Shown piece by piece: positions 17,438-25,856 of a stretch of 31,588 nucleotides of DNA. Position 1 is the first letter of the stretch. Each line of letters starts with the position of its first letter. Under the pieces are notes generated by a model. It did not search any database and was not told where the DNA came from. It worked only from the letters and a program-made list of their open reading frames with translations. The position numbers and the translations under genes are program-made. Source of the stretch: Alphaproteobacteria bacterium (GTDB taxonomy: Bacteria; Pseudomonadota; Alphaproteobacteria; UBA2136; JAPPOO01); NCBI GenBank assembly GCA_049297755.1, contig JBAQUW010000197.1, positions 1-31,588 of the forward strand, in the 5' to 3' direction.

Positions 17438-18256
17438 ATGACATTTGCCCAAGCCTTACTCTTTGTTAAAAATTCGGCCAACGCCCGCGCGGCAGCCGAG
17501 CACATTACCCCCTTGCTGGCCGCCCGCGGCCTGAAGGTGAGCGAGCCAGATGAAGACACCAAAATTGCCAAATCGGCCAAAACCATAGCCTTTGTGCTGG
17601 GGGGCGATGGCACGTTTTTGACCGCCGCCGACCGTTTATATGGCACCGAAATACCCATTTGCGGCGTGAACTATGGCCATTTGGGCTTTTTGACGGAGCT
17701 GAATGTTGATGAATTTGATGCGGCATTGGATAAATTGTTGGGCGATACTGCCGTGCACGAGCGCCGCCCGTACTTTATTTGTACCCTCACCCGCCAAGGC
17801 AAAACGCTGTGGAATGCGCGGCCCTTTGTGAACGACGCCGTGATTCAGCGCCAGCCCGACCACCGCATGGTGACGCTGACCATTAAAGTGCAAGACCAAT
17901 TGGTGACCAGCACCCGCGCCGATGGCATGATTGTGGCCACCCCCACGGGCAGCACGGCGTATAGCCTTTCTACCGGCGGGCCGATTTTACACCCTGCGGT
18001 GAACGGCCTTGTGCTGGCGCCCATTTGCCCGCATACGCTCAGTTTCCGCCCTGTGGTGATTCCGCCACGACCTGTGACATTGACGCTGGAAAGCGAAGAC
18101 CACGCGCTCATCAGCCTTGATGGCCGCCGCACCTACCCCATTAAACAAGGCGATACCTTGCACATTGAGCAAAGCCCGCACAATGCCACGTTGCGGCACA
18201 CCACCCAGCCCCACTTTTTTAACCTGTTGCGCCAGAAGCTGAATTGGGACGCTTAA
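17438..18256 (+). CDS. nadK: NAD(+) kinase
   Basis: GGDGT, GVNYGHLGFLT, VND and DGMIVATPTGSTAYSLSTGGP motifs. Start trimmed to ATG 17438. Confidence 0.93.
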   Translation: MTFAQALLFVKNSANARAAAEHITPLLAARGLKVSEPDEDTKIAKSAKTIAFVLGGDGTFLTAADRLYGTEIPICGVNYGHLGFLTELNVDEFDAALDKLLGDTAVHERRPYFICTLTRQGKTLWNARPFVNDAVIQRQPDHRMVTLTIKVQDQLVTSTRADGMIVATPTGSTAYSLSTGGPILHPAVNGLVLAPICPHTLSFRPVVIPPRPVTLTLESEDHALISLDGRRTYPIKQGDTLHIEQSPHNATLRHTTQPHFFNLLRQKLNWDA

Positions 18257-18267
18257 AAAATCCATAG

Positions 18268-18308
18268 AAAATGCGCCCCCCCAAAAAGAGTGGGGGGCGC
18301 AAAGTTTT
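18268..18308. terminator. Bidirectional terminator between nadK and the 93-aa gene
   Basis: TGCGCCCCCC...GGGGGGCGCA stem with an A-tract on the left and a T-tract on the right. Confidence 0.75.
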
Positions 18309-18588
18309 AGTGCATGGCTTTTACCGCTGGCAGAAAGTGCGGCTGATGCCACACATCGGGCGGCAGTTGAGTCATGCGGCCAATGCGCTTGACGACGCGG
18401 GTGAGCACATGCACCAGCTCGCGCCATTCAGCCTTAGGGGTTTCACTCAGCACCAGATGAAAGCCCACCAAGGCTTGTGCTGCCGTTTCTCCCATGGCCC
18501 AGTGGCCTTTGGGGGTAAACACCACCACTTTCACAACCCCTGTAGCTTGTACTTGCACAGGGCAGGCGTAGACAGTCATGGTTTGCAT
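18307..18588 (-). CDS. Hypothetical 93-aa protein, weakly HicB-N-like
   Basis: AGGAG SD and promoter TTGCAC-17-TATGCT; VVFTPKGHWAMGETAAQAL resembles the HicB P-x-G-x-x-x-GET-x-x-EAL pattern. Confidence 0.6.
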   Translation of the reverse strand: MQTMTVYACPVQVQATGVVKVVVFTPKGHWAMGETAAQALVGFHLVLSETPKAEWRELVHVLTRVVKRIGRMTQLPPDVWHQPHFLPAVKAMH

Positions 18589-18663
18589 GGCTGCTCCTGA
18601 AGTTTAGGGTTAAAACGTACAAAGTTAACAACAAGCATACCCTGCATACAAATAGTGTGCAAC

Positions 18664-18699
18664 ACCAAAGCCGCCTTTTTTGCAAAAGGCGGCTTTGGT
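18664..18699 (-). terminator. 16-bp hairpin terminator after the PD-(D/E)xK gene
   Basis: ACCAAAGCCGCCTTTT-TTGC-AAAAGGCGGCTTTGGT immediately after the stop at 18700. Confidence 0.75.
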
Positions 18700-19356
18700 T
18701 TAGCTGTAAAGGCGCTCTAACATACCCTGCATAGACGGATGGTTCTCTAAAAACCATTCATGCAAGGATGGCGCATCGACTGGAAACGTGTGGCGTTTCA
18801 TGAGAGAGCGCCCTCTATCATGACCACTTGGGGTAAAATTAACCCATTCCACCGAACGCAGCGGGGGCATACCACGTTGTTGGATAAACCGGTTTAACCC
18901 AAGTTGATACATTTTGATTTTGTATGGTTCAGGCGGTCGCTGAACAACGCTTGTTTTAATTTCAAGCCCCACCATGCCGTTTGCCACTTGGCTGTAAACC
19001 AGCAAATCTGGGCAACCAAAGTAAATAGGGGCAAACGGAGGATTTAGAAGCTTTTTGATGCGCGGCTCAACAATAACATCGGTCACTGCCAAATCACTTA
19101 GCAGTTTAAACAACTGCTTATAACAACCAGCAACCCAATGATGAAAATGAGCCTGATTGTTAAAATGCAAGTGTACCAATTTGCGTTCACTTTTGGCCAA
19201 ATAATCGGGCAATGCGCGCCTGAACTCTTTGGGGGTAAGGTGCCGCAGTTGGTGCCAGTGGCCCGTATGGAACACATCTTCCAGCGGGGTGTGGGTGGCC
19301 ATGCCGCGTTGGCCACAGTAGTCGGCAAACGCGTTGGTAGGTAACGGTACGGTCAT
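18700..19356 (-). CDS. Hypothetical protein with a C-terminal PD-(D/E)xK nuclease motif
   Basis: VEP..YFGCPDLLV..VGLEIKT..KMYQL; GGAG SD before ATG 19356. Confidence 0.65.
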   Translation of the reverse strand: MTVPLPTNAFADYCGQRGMATHTPLEDVFHTGHWHQLRHLTPKEFRRALPDYLAKSERKLVHLHFNNQAHFHHWVAGCYKQLFKLLSDLAVTDVIVEPRIKKLLNPPFAPIYFGCPDLLVYSQVANGMVGLEIKTSVVQRPPEPYKIKMYQLGLNRFIQQRGMPPLRSVEWVNFTPSGHDRGRSLMKRHTFPVDAPSLHEWFLENHPSMQGMLERLYS

Positions 19357-19521
19357 GGATTTACTCCAAGCCAGAGGGGGCGAAAAGAGGGGGGAGTTAT
19401 ACGGCGGAAAAGGGCTGATGACTCGGGCAGATACGTAAGTGTAGGGGAAGAACGCCCGCCCCCCAACCAAAAACAATTCACAAGGCTTTATAGCAGCCCC
19501 ATGTTGTGGCAGCATGGGGGC

Positions 19522-20334
19522 ATGAGTATCCGCACCAACGGCATGTTGAGCATTGGCCTTGTGATTGTAGGCGCATTGGCGCTGTTGGCCGCTTTGGCAC
19601 CATGGCTGACGCCGTATCAGCCCTCGGCCATTGATTTACAACAGATTTTGCAAGCCCCTTCCCCCGCCCACTGGCTAGGGACTGATGCCATTGGCCGCGA
19701 TGTGTTCACCCGCATGTTGTATGGGGCGCGGGTGAGTTTGCTGGTGGGGCTGGTGGCTGTGGGCCTCAGCACCGCCATTGGCGTGCTGTTGGGGGCGGTG
19801 GCGGGCTATTATGGCGGCAAAACCGATGCGCTTATTATGCGTGGGGTAGATGTGATGTTAGCCTTCCCGAGTTTTTTTCTGATTTTGGCCGTCATTGCGT
19901 TTTTAGAGCCGAGTATCATCAACATTATGGTGGTGATTGGCCTGACCAGCTGGATGGGTGTGGCGCGGCTGGTACGGGCGGAGTTTCTCCGTTTAAAAAC
20001 CATGGACTACATTGCCGCCGCCCGTTTGGCAGGGGTAAGCGATGGCAACTTGATGCTGAAACACTTGCTGCCCAATGCCATGGCACCCATTTTGGTGACA
20101 GCCACCTTGGGCATTGCAGGGGCGGTGTTGGTGGAAAGCGGGCTCTCGTTCCTTGGCATTGGCGTGCAACCGCCGACACCCAGCTGGGGGAATATCCTCT
20201 TGGAAGGCAAGGCCAATATTGAAATTGCATGGTGGTTGAGCTTGTTTCCGGGACTCGCTATTCTCATTGCCGTGCTGGGCTTTAACCTGTTGGGCGAAGG
20301 CTTGCGCGATTATTTAGACCCGCGGCAGCGTTGA
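19522..20334 (+). CDS. Peptide/nickel ABC transporter permease (DppC/OppC family)
   Basis: HWLGTDAIGRDVFTRMLYGARVSL, EAA-loop YIAAARLAG, HLLPN and ESGLSFLGIGVQPPTPSWG. Confidence 0.93.
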   Translation: MSIRTNGMLSIGLVIVGALALLAALAPWLTPYQPSAIDLQQILQAPSPAHWLGTDAIGRDVFTRMLYGARVSLLVGLVAVGLSTAIGVLLGAVAGYYGGKTDALIMRGVDVMLAFPSFFLILAVIAFLEPSIINIMVVIGLTSWMGVARLVRAEFLRLKTMDYIAAARLAGVSDGNLMLKHLLPNAMAPILVTATLGIAGAVLVESGLSFLGIGVQPPTPSWGNILLEGKANIEIAWWLSLFPGLAILIAVLGFNLLGEGLRDYLDPRQR

Positions 20335-20359
20335 CAAAACCTACTTTGCATACCATATA
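20331..20359 (+). promoter_or_regulatory. Putative promoter of the 105-aa orphan gene
   Basis: TTGACA (20331-20336) overlaps the permease stop; TTGCATAC at 20346-20353; the -10 element is ambiguous. Confidence 0.5.
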
Positions 20360-20426
20360 GAGTGTAAGTCAGAATCATCTGGCGGGTCAACCATGGGCCC
20401 GCGGGCCCTTTTTGGAGTTTTGTAAC

Positions 20427-20744
20427 ATGCGTACTCTATCCGCGCCGCGCCTCGGCGATGTGTTTCGTGCTCACGGCCTGACCGTGCTGAACGAAAACAT
20501 TGCCGACGGCTGGGTTGCCAACGCCAGCCTCTTTGTGCAAGAGGCCAGCGGTTGGTGGCTGAGCCTGACTGTGACCCGCCACTGGTGGGGAGAGAGCGTG
20601 AGCTACCAAACGCCGCACCACCGCGTGCCTGTCCGTATCCACCGCTTGCGGTTGGGTACGGGGCTGCATAAGGTGTTCCGGCACTTGGGCGTGCTCCGCT
20701 CTACCCCCGCGGCTGTGGCTGATGCATGCATCAGCTTGGCCTAG
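20427..20744 (+). CDS. Hypothetical protein (105 aa)
   Basis: GGAG SD before ATG 20427, followed by its own terminator; no recognisable family. Confidence 0.65.
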   Translation: MRTLSAPRLGDVFRAHGLTVLNENIADGWVANASLFVQEASGWWLSLTVTRHWWGESVSYQTPHHRVPVRIHRLRLGTGLHKVFRHLGVLRSTPAAVADACISLA

Positions 20745-20752
20745 ACCAGTTA

Positions 20753-20790
20753 CCCCACGGCCCGCCTTGTGCGGGCCGTGGGGCTTTTTT
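20753..20790 (+). terminator. Intrinsic terminator
   Basis: CCCCACGGCCCGC-CTTGT-GCGGGCCGTGGGG followed by CTTTTTT. Confidence 0.85.
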
Positions 20791-20826
20791 GTTTACGCAG
20801 CGGTATTCTGTGTTTACACTTGGGGC

Positions 20827-21552
20827 ATGATTTCGCAAGGCTCCCTCCTCACCTCCATCAACATGCTAGCGCCAGAGTATTTGACGTTTTTTGCCATGCT
20901 GTTTGGCGCGTTTTTGATTGGCCTGACACCCTTACGCCTGCCGTTGCAATGGTTGGAACCGTTTTACCACGAACTTTCGCACGCCTTGGCTGCCGTGCTC
21001 ACTTGGGGGCGCGTGGGGCGCATTAAGCTGAATTTTGACGGCAGCGGCTGGTGCACCACGGGTGGCGGCAGCCGCTTGATTATTTTGCTGGCAGGGTACA
21101 CGGGGGCTGCGTTCTGGGGTGGCGGCTTGTATATTTTGGGCTGGTTGTCGCAACACTATGGCGCTGGCGGCAATGCCATGCCGCTGATTTATTTTCAATT
21201 GGGCGTGCTGGCCGTGGCGGTTGTGCTGTGGGTGCGCGACCCGTTGACGCTGATTATTTTAGGCTTTGCGGGCGCATTATACGGCTTGCCAGCGTATTAC
21301 CCTGCCTTGCATGAGTATTCAGGCTTTATTGTGCAATTTATTGGGCTGTATGTGTTGCTCAACGCCATTCGCGCCCCTTTGCATTTGCTGGATGCCCGCC
21401 ATATGGGCGATGGCGCCATGCTGTTTGATATGACATTTATACCCGAGTTTGTGTGGGTATTTTTATGGTTTGCCTTTGCCTGCGCCATATTGCTGGGCAT
21501 AGCCATACTCACCCTGCCTGGGGCGAATGTGATTTTATGGTGGCTAACTTAA
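20827..21552 (+). CDS. M50B-like membrane metallopeptidase
   Basis: HExxH motif (YHELSH), LAGY and distal GDG with multiple TMs. Start trimmed to ATG 20827. Confidence 0.85.
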   Translation: MISQGSLLTSINMLAPEYLTFFAMLFGAFLIGLTPLRLPLQWLEPFYHELSHALAAVLTWGRVGRIKLNFDGSGWCTTGGGSRLIILLAGYTGAAFWGGGLYILGWLSQHYGAGGNAMPLIYFQLGVLAVAVVLWVRDPLTLIILGFAGALYGLPAYYPALHEYSGFIVQFIGLYVLLNAIRAPLHLLDARHMGDGAMLFDMTFIPEFVWVFLWFAFACAILLGIAILTLPGANVILWWLT

Positions 21553-21556
21553 AAGC

Positions 21557-22684
21557 TTACAACCCTAAGCGGTAAAATAATTTTTCCGACAAAGCGCTGA
21601 AAAAGCCAGCAGCGGGGACATCTTGCCCAGCCAGTAAGGGCGCGGTAAGGGTTTTGCCCTCAACCGTCATGGTCATGGTGCCCACTTGGCTGCCAGCATA
21701 AATGGGGGCGGCCATGGGTTTTTTATAGGTTACCGTCACTTGCGTGGGTTTTGGCGTATTGCGCTTTAAAAAGGTGGTAGCGGCTTGGCCTGCCACCAAG
21801 GGTACCGTGGCAGCTTGGCCCAACCATGTGGGGGCGGTCAGCACCACTTGGCCCTCGCTCCACAAGGGCACGGTTTGGTATTGCGAGAAGCCGTAGCGCA
21901 GCAGTTTCAGCGCCTCGCCTTCCCGCTCGGCAAAGCCGCTGGTGCCCATCACCAAGGCAAACAGGCGGTCGGTGCCACCCGTGGCGGTATCGGTGCCTGT
22001 GGCCAGCAAGTGGTAGCCCGTACTATCGGTATGGCCCGTTTTCATGCCATCAACGCCCGCATTGGCCGTGAGCAACCCATTGCGGTTGGTTTGACGAATA
22101 CCGCTGTAAGTAAACTCTGTTTCGCTAAACACTTTGTAATATGTTGGAAATCTTTGCTGAATGGCCACGCCCAATTTCACCACATCGTGGGGGCTGCTCA
22201 CTTGCGCGGCATCGGGCCAGCCGTTGGGGTTGGTATAGCGGGTATCGTTTAACCCTAACTCTTTGGCTTTGGCGTTCATCAGCTCGGCAAAACCTTCTAC
22301 GGTGCCGCCTAAGTATTCGGCCACCACAATGCAGGCATCGTTGCCACTTTGCACGGCAATGCCGCGTATCAGGTCTTCCACCTTGGCGGGTTTGGTTACA
22401 TCTACAAACATTTTGCTGCCGTCCATTTTCCAGGCGCGCTCGCTCACGGGCAGCTCGCTTTGCAGGGTCACGCGGCCAGTATCCAGCGCCTCGAACAGCA
22501 GATACAACGTCATCAACTTCACCAAGCTGGCCACTTCTTGTTGCTGGTGGCCGTTCAGGTCAAACACCACGGTATCGGTGGCGGGGTGGTATAAATAAGC
22601 GGCTTTGGCGGTGGTTTGAATCTCGGCCATAGCAGTACCAGCCAACAAGGCTGCCGCAAGCATGGTGTAGGGTGTATGTGTCAT
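21557..22684 (-). CDS. dacA: D-alanyl-D-alanine carboxypeptidase (PBP5/6 family)
   Basis: SxxK (ASLVK), SGN and KTG motifs, signal peptide and PBP5 C-terminal domain; downstream of rlpA. Confidence 0.92.
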   Translation of the reverse strand: MTHTPYTMLAAALLAGTAMAEIQTTAKAAYLYHPATDTVVFDLNGHQQQEVASLVKLMTLYLLFEALDTGRVTLQSELPVSERAWKMDGSKMFVDVTKPAKVEDLIRGIAVQSGNDACIVVAEYLGGTVEGFAELMNAKAKELGLNDTRYTNPNGWPDAAQVSSPHDVVKLGVAIQQRFPTYYKVFSETEFTYSGIRQTNRNGLLTANAGVDGMKTGHTDSTGYHLLATGTDTATGGTDRLFALVMGTSGFAEREGEALKLLRYGFSQYQTVPLWSEGQVVLTAPTWLGQAATVPLVAGQAATTFLKRNTPKPTQVTVTYKKPMAAPIYAGSQVGTMTMTVEGKTLTAPLLAGQDVPAAGFFSALSEKLFYRLGL

Positions 22685-22694
22685 AGTTTTGTCC

Positions 22695-23555
22695 TTATTG
22701 CGGTTTTTGCACCGTGATGATGGCCTCATTAAAGCCTGAATTGGTTAAATCTGCAAGGGCGGCGTCGGCCTCGGCCACTGTGCTAAAGGGGCCAACTTGC
22801 ACACGGTGTAGGGTTTGGCTGAACAGCGATTCTTTCTCGGCCACCCGCACATTGCTAAACGTGCGTTTCACCAACATGTATTGGCGTTGGGCATTTTCCC
22901 GCGTGCCAAAGGCGCCCGTTTGCACATACAACTGCACCCCGCCCGCCAAGGGAGCGCGTGAAGTTACAGGGTGGGTTTGCGGCGGCGGTGGAAGTTCTGC
23001 CACACCGGGACGGGTCAGCGTATACCCCTGCTGCGCTTGCGCCACTGCGGTGCCATGGTGCGGGCCGCCAATGGCTTCTACCCGAATAGGCGTAACCCCG
23101 TTTTTGACATAGCCCAATTGCTGGGCTGCGCCGTAAGAGAGGTCAATCACCCGATTTTTAGCATAAGGACCACGGTCGTTCACCCGCACCACAATGCTTT
23201 TGCCGTTTTGCAGGTTGGTCACCCGCACATCGGTGGGAATAGGCAAATAGCGGTGGGCAGCAGAAATGCCGTACATATCGTAACATTCACCATTGGCAGT
23301 GGGGCGGCCGTGGAAGTCGGAGCCATACCAGCTGGCAATGCCTTCTTCCTTAAAGCCTGCGCTGGTTTTAAGGGGAGCATAACGTTTGCCATCAATGGTA
23401 TAAGGGGTCCCTACTTTATGGGCGCCCTTGCCCACGGGAACGCATTGGCGGCTACCTTTATCGCCTTTTTTCCAAATATGGTCGAGCACCATCATTTCGG
23501 TACAACCAGCCAATAAAAGGCTTGGCAACAACAGCGCAAGGGCTTTACGAAACAT
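22695..23555 (-). CDS. rlpA: Septal ring lytic transglycosylase RlpA (lipoprotein with SPOR domain)
   Basis: Lipobox LAGC, GIASWYG, TANGE, SAAH, VRVNDRGPY, IDLSY and C-terminal YVQTGAF/VQVGPF SPOR domain. Confidence 0.95.
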   Translation of the reverse strand: MFRKALALLLPSLLLAGCTEMMVLDHIWKKGDKGSRQCVPVGKGAHKVGTPYTIDGKRYAPLKTSAGFKEEGIASWYGSDFHGRPTANGECYDMYGISAAHRYLPIPTDVRVTNLQNGKSIVVRVNDRGPYAKNRVIDLSYGAAQQLGYVKNGVTPIRVEAIGGPHHGTAVAQAQQGYTLTRPGVAELPPPPQTHPVTSRAPLAGGVQLYVQTGAFGTRENAQRQYMLVKRTFSNVRVAEKESLFSQTLHRVQVGPFSTVAEADAALADLTNSGFNEAIITVQKPQ

Positions 23556-23557
23556 GA

Positions 23558-24631
23558 TTATTTTTTCTCCACCTTCGTTTGTATTGGCTTGGCTGGGGTT
23601 TGCTTGGTTGGCATTTTAACAGGTTTTTTATAAGCAATGGCATCGGCCAAAGAGAGTGACGCAAAAGCAAACGACGCACTCTTGTTCCACCGCGTAATGA
23701 CCTTAAAGTTGGGGTAAAGCAAGTAGGCCGCACCTGTAGGGCCATCGGGCAAAAAGAGTCGCCCCCACTTCACCTGCTCATTGGTAGGTAACGCACCGCT
23801 GGCGGGGGCAATGCCCATATTGCGCCAAATGTTCATGGGTTTTTCTTCGGTCAGCTTGCTGCTGTTGAACTCCAAATCTTTCGGCAATTTTTTACTGAGC
23901 ACCACGCGCTGCCCCCATGGCTGGCCATATTGCCAATGGTTTTTTTTCAAAAAGTTAGCCACTGACGCAAAAATATCGGCTTCATTGGTCCAAATATCGC
24001 GGTGGAAGTCGCCATCGCCATCTTCTGCATAGCCCCAAAAGCTGGTGGGCATAAATTGGGGCTGCCCCATGGCGCCAGCCCAGCTGCCTTTCATGTTTTC
24101 CAGCTTCACATGCTTCTCTTGCACCACTTTCATGGCGGCAAATAACTCACGCTTAAAAAAATCTTTGCGGTGGCTTTGGTAGGCCAAACTGGCAAGGCTT
24201 GGAATAACCATAAAGCGGGGCTTGTATTCACCGTAGTGCGTTTCAATGCCCCACATGGCCACAATAACATGCGGCTCTACTTTATATTTTTCCGCGACTT
24301 TGGCCAAAATGGCTTTGTACTTTTCCGCCGCTTTTTGGCCATTGCCCACGCGTTCATCCGACAAGCGCACGTCGACATAATTATGAAAATCTACCGAGAA
24401 CTCGGCTTGCTTGCCCATGGCGCTTTTTTTGGTAGCGCGGTCTTCCAATTTTGGCGGTACGCCTAAGGCTTTATCGAGAATGGTGGTGTCTAATTTTTTG
24501 GCCACCGCTTCTTTTTTAAGCTTGGCCACAAAGGCGGTGAAGCCATCATCGGCCACCGCAGACACAGAAAAGGCAAGGGACGCTGCCCACACAGTAACAC
24601 CCAAACATATTGTGCGGAACATCCCTTGCAT
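23558..24631 (-). CDS. mltB: Lytic murein transglycosylase (MltB/SLT_2 family)
   Basis: WGIETHYG, GSWAGAMGQPQFMPTSF, DGDGD, SVANFL and NFKVITRWN. Start at 24631 or 24622. Confidence 0.9.
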   Translation of the reverse strand: MQGMFRTICLGVTVWAASLAFSVSAVADDGFTAFVAKLKKEAVAKKLDTTILDKALGVPPKLEDRATKKSAMGKQAEFSVDFHNYVDVRLSDERVGNGQKAAEKYKAILAKVAEKYKVEPHVIVAMWGIETHYGEYKPRFMVIPSLASLAYQSHRKDFFKRELFAAMKVVQEKHVKLENMKGSWAGAMGQPQFMPTSFWGYAEDGDGDFHRDIWTNEADIFASVANFLKKNHWQYGQPWGQRVVLSKKLPKDLEFNSSKLTEEKPMNIWRNMGIAPASGALPTNEQVKWGRLFLPDGPTGAAYLLYPNFKVITRWNKSASFAFASLSLADAIAYKKPVKMPTKQTPAKPIQTKVEKK

Positions 24632-24741
24632 TTGTCCAACATAGCAAGGTTTGAGCAAGGCCTAAAACAGAATCGGCCCACAGTTTGGGAAAAAAGCACA
24701 CAGGTGTGGCGTTAAAGTAACGGTTGCGGTATAAGCCTACT

Positions 24742-25566
24742 ATGCTCTCTTACCAACACGCCTACCACGCGGGGAATATTGCCGATTGCCACAAGCACAT
24801 GCTGCTTTTGAGCATACTGCGCGCGTTGCAAGCCGCCCATGGCACCCCCCTTACCTACATGGAAACCCACGCAGGGCGCGGGTTGTACCACATCAACAGC
24901 CCCGAAGCGCTCAAAACAGGCGAGGCGCAGCACGGCATTCACCGTCTGTTTTCTAGCAAAAAACCCCTCAATTGGGCAGCCGACTACCTTGCCCAAGTGC
25001 GCAAAGCGGGCGTGCAGATGTATCCAGGCTCGCCCCTCCTCGCCGCCAATGTGCTGCGCCAGAACGACAGCATTGCGCTGCACGAACTGCACCCGCGTGA
25101 ACACTTGGCCCTGAGCCGTGTGTTTGCCAAAGATGCCCGCGTGAGCATTGAACAGATTGATGGCTACACCGGCGTGCTGCATTTGGCCAAAGGCCAAAGC
25201 AAACGCCACGGCGTGGTGCTGATAGACCCCAGCTATGAAGTGAAGACAGAGTATGCCGACGTGGCGGCTTTTGTGCCCAAATTACAAGCACTGTGGCCAC
25301 TGGTAACCATTGTTGTGTGGTATCCGCTGCTGCCTGCGGGCAACCATGTGCCACTGAAAGAAGCACTGCTGAAACTGCCAAACCAACAACTTGGCCACTG
25401 GCACGATGAACTGATATTTGCCGACCGCGCCACCACCCGCGGCATGCATGGCACCGCGCTGCATGTGCTGAATGCGCCTGCGGGCTGGGCCGAAAGCGTT
25501 GCCGACCTCACCCTTGCCATGCAAGTATTTTGGCGCGTGACAAATACAACCAAACCCGCTACATAG
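24742..25566 (+). CDS. rlmJ: 23S rRNA (adenine2030-N6)-methyltransferase RlmJ
   Basis: MLSYQHAYHAGNIAD, ETHAGRGLY, YPGSP, ELHP, IDPSYE and WYP. Confidence 0.95.
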   Translation: MLSYQHAYHAGNIADCHKHMLLLSILRALQAAHGTPLTYMETHAGRGLYHINSPEALKTGEAQHGIHRLFSSKKPLNWAADYLAQVRKAGVQMYPGSPLLAANVLRQNDSIALHELHPREHLALSRVFAKDARVSIEQIDGYTGVLHLAKGQSKRHGVVLIDPSYEVKTEYADVAAFVPKLQALWPLVTIVVWYPLLPAGNHVPLKEALLKLPNQQLGHWHDELIFADRATTRGMHGTALHVLNAPAGWAESVADLTLAMQVFWRVTNTTKPAT

Positions 25567-25573
25567 AGGGCAC

Positions 25574-25661
25574 GGAAAGGTGGCCGAGTGGCCGAAGGCG
25601 CTTGTCTCGAAAACAAGTAGGGGGCAACTCCTCGGAGGTTCGAATCCTCTCCTTTCCGCCA
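25574..25661 (+). tRNA. tRNA-Ser (anticodon CGA)
   Basis: GGAAAGG...CTTGT-CT-CGA-AA-ACAAG, long variable arm, GGAGG-TTCGAAT-CCTCT, CCTTTCC-GCCA; 88 nt. Confidence 0.96.
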
Positions 25662-25708
25662 AAAAACACTTCCCAAACTGTAAAAACACCTATATTCTCC
25701 GCCCCGAC

Positions 25709-25796
25709 GGAAGCGTGGCCGAGCGGTTGAAGGCACTAGTCTTGAAAACTAGCAAGGGGCAACTCTTCGTGAGTTCGAATCTCACCGCTTCCGCCA
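25709..25796 (+). tRNA. tRNA-Ser (anticodon TGA)
   Basis: GGAAGCG...CTAGT-CT-TGA-AA-ACTAG, long variable arm, GTGAG-TTCGAAT-CTCAC, CGCTTCC-GCCA; 88 nt. Confidence 0.96.
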
Positions 25797-25800
25797 TGGT

Positions 25801-25855
25801 TTTTACAAAAAACCCCCAGAAAAAGCTCAGCTTTTTCTGGGGGTTTTTTGTAAAA
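25801..25855. terminator. Perfect 27-bp inverted repeat (bidirectional terminator-like)
   Basis: TTTTACAAAAAACCCCCAGAAAAAGCT-C-AGCTTTTTCTGGGGGTTTTTTGTAAAA. Confidence 0.8.
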
Positions 25856-25856
25856 C

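Noticed and set aside
18700..19356. Cas4 or RecB/AddB assignment for the nuclease
   Set aside because: The four-Cys Fe-S pattern and the helicase domain are absent; only the generic PD-(D/E)xK motif is supported.
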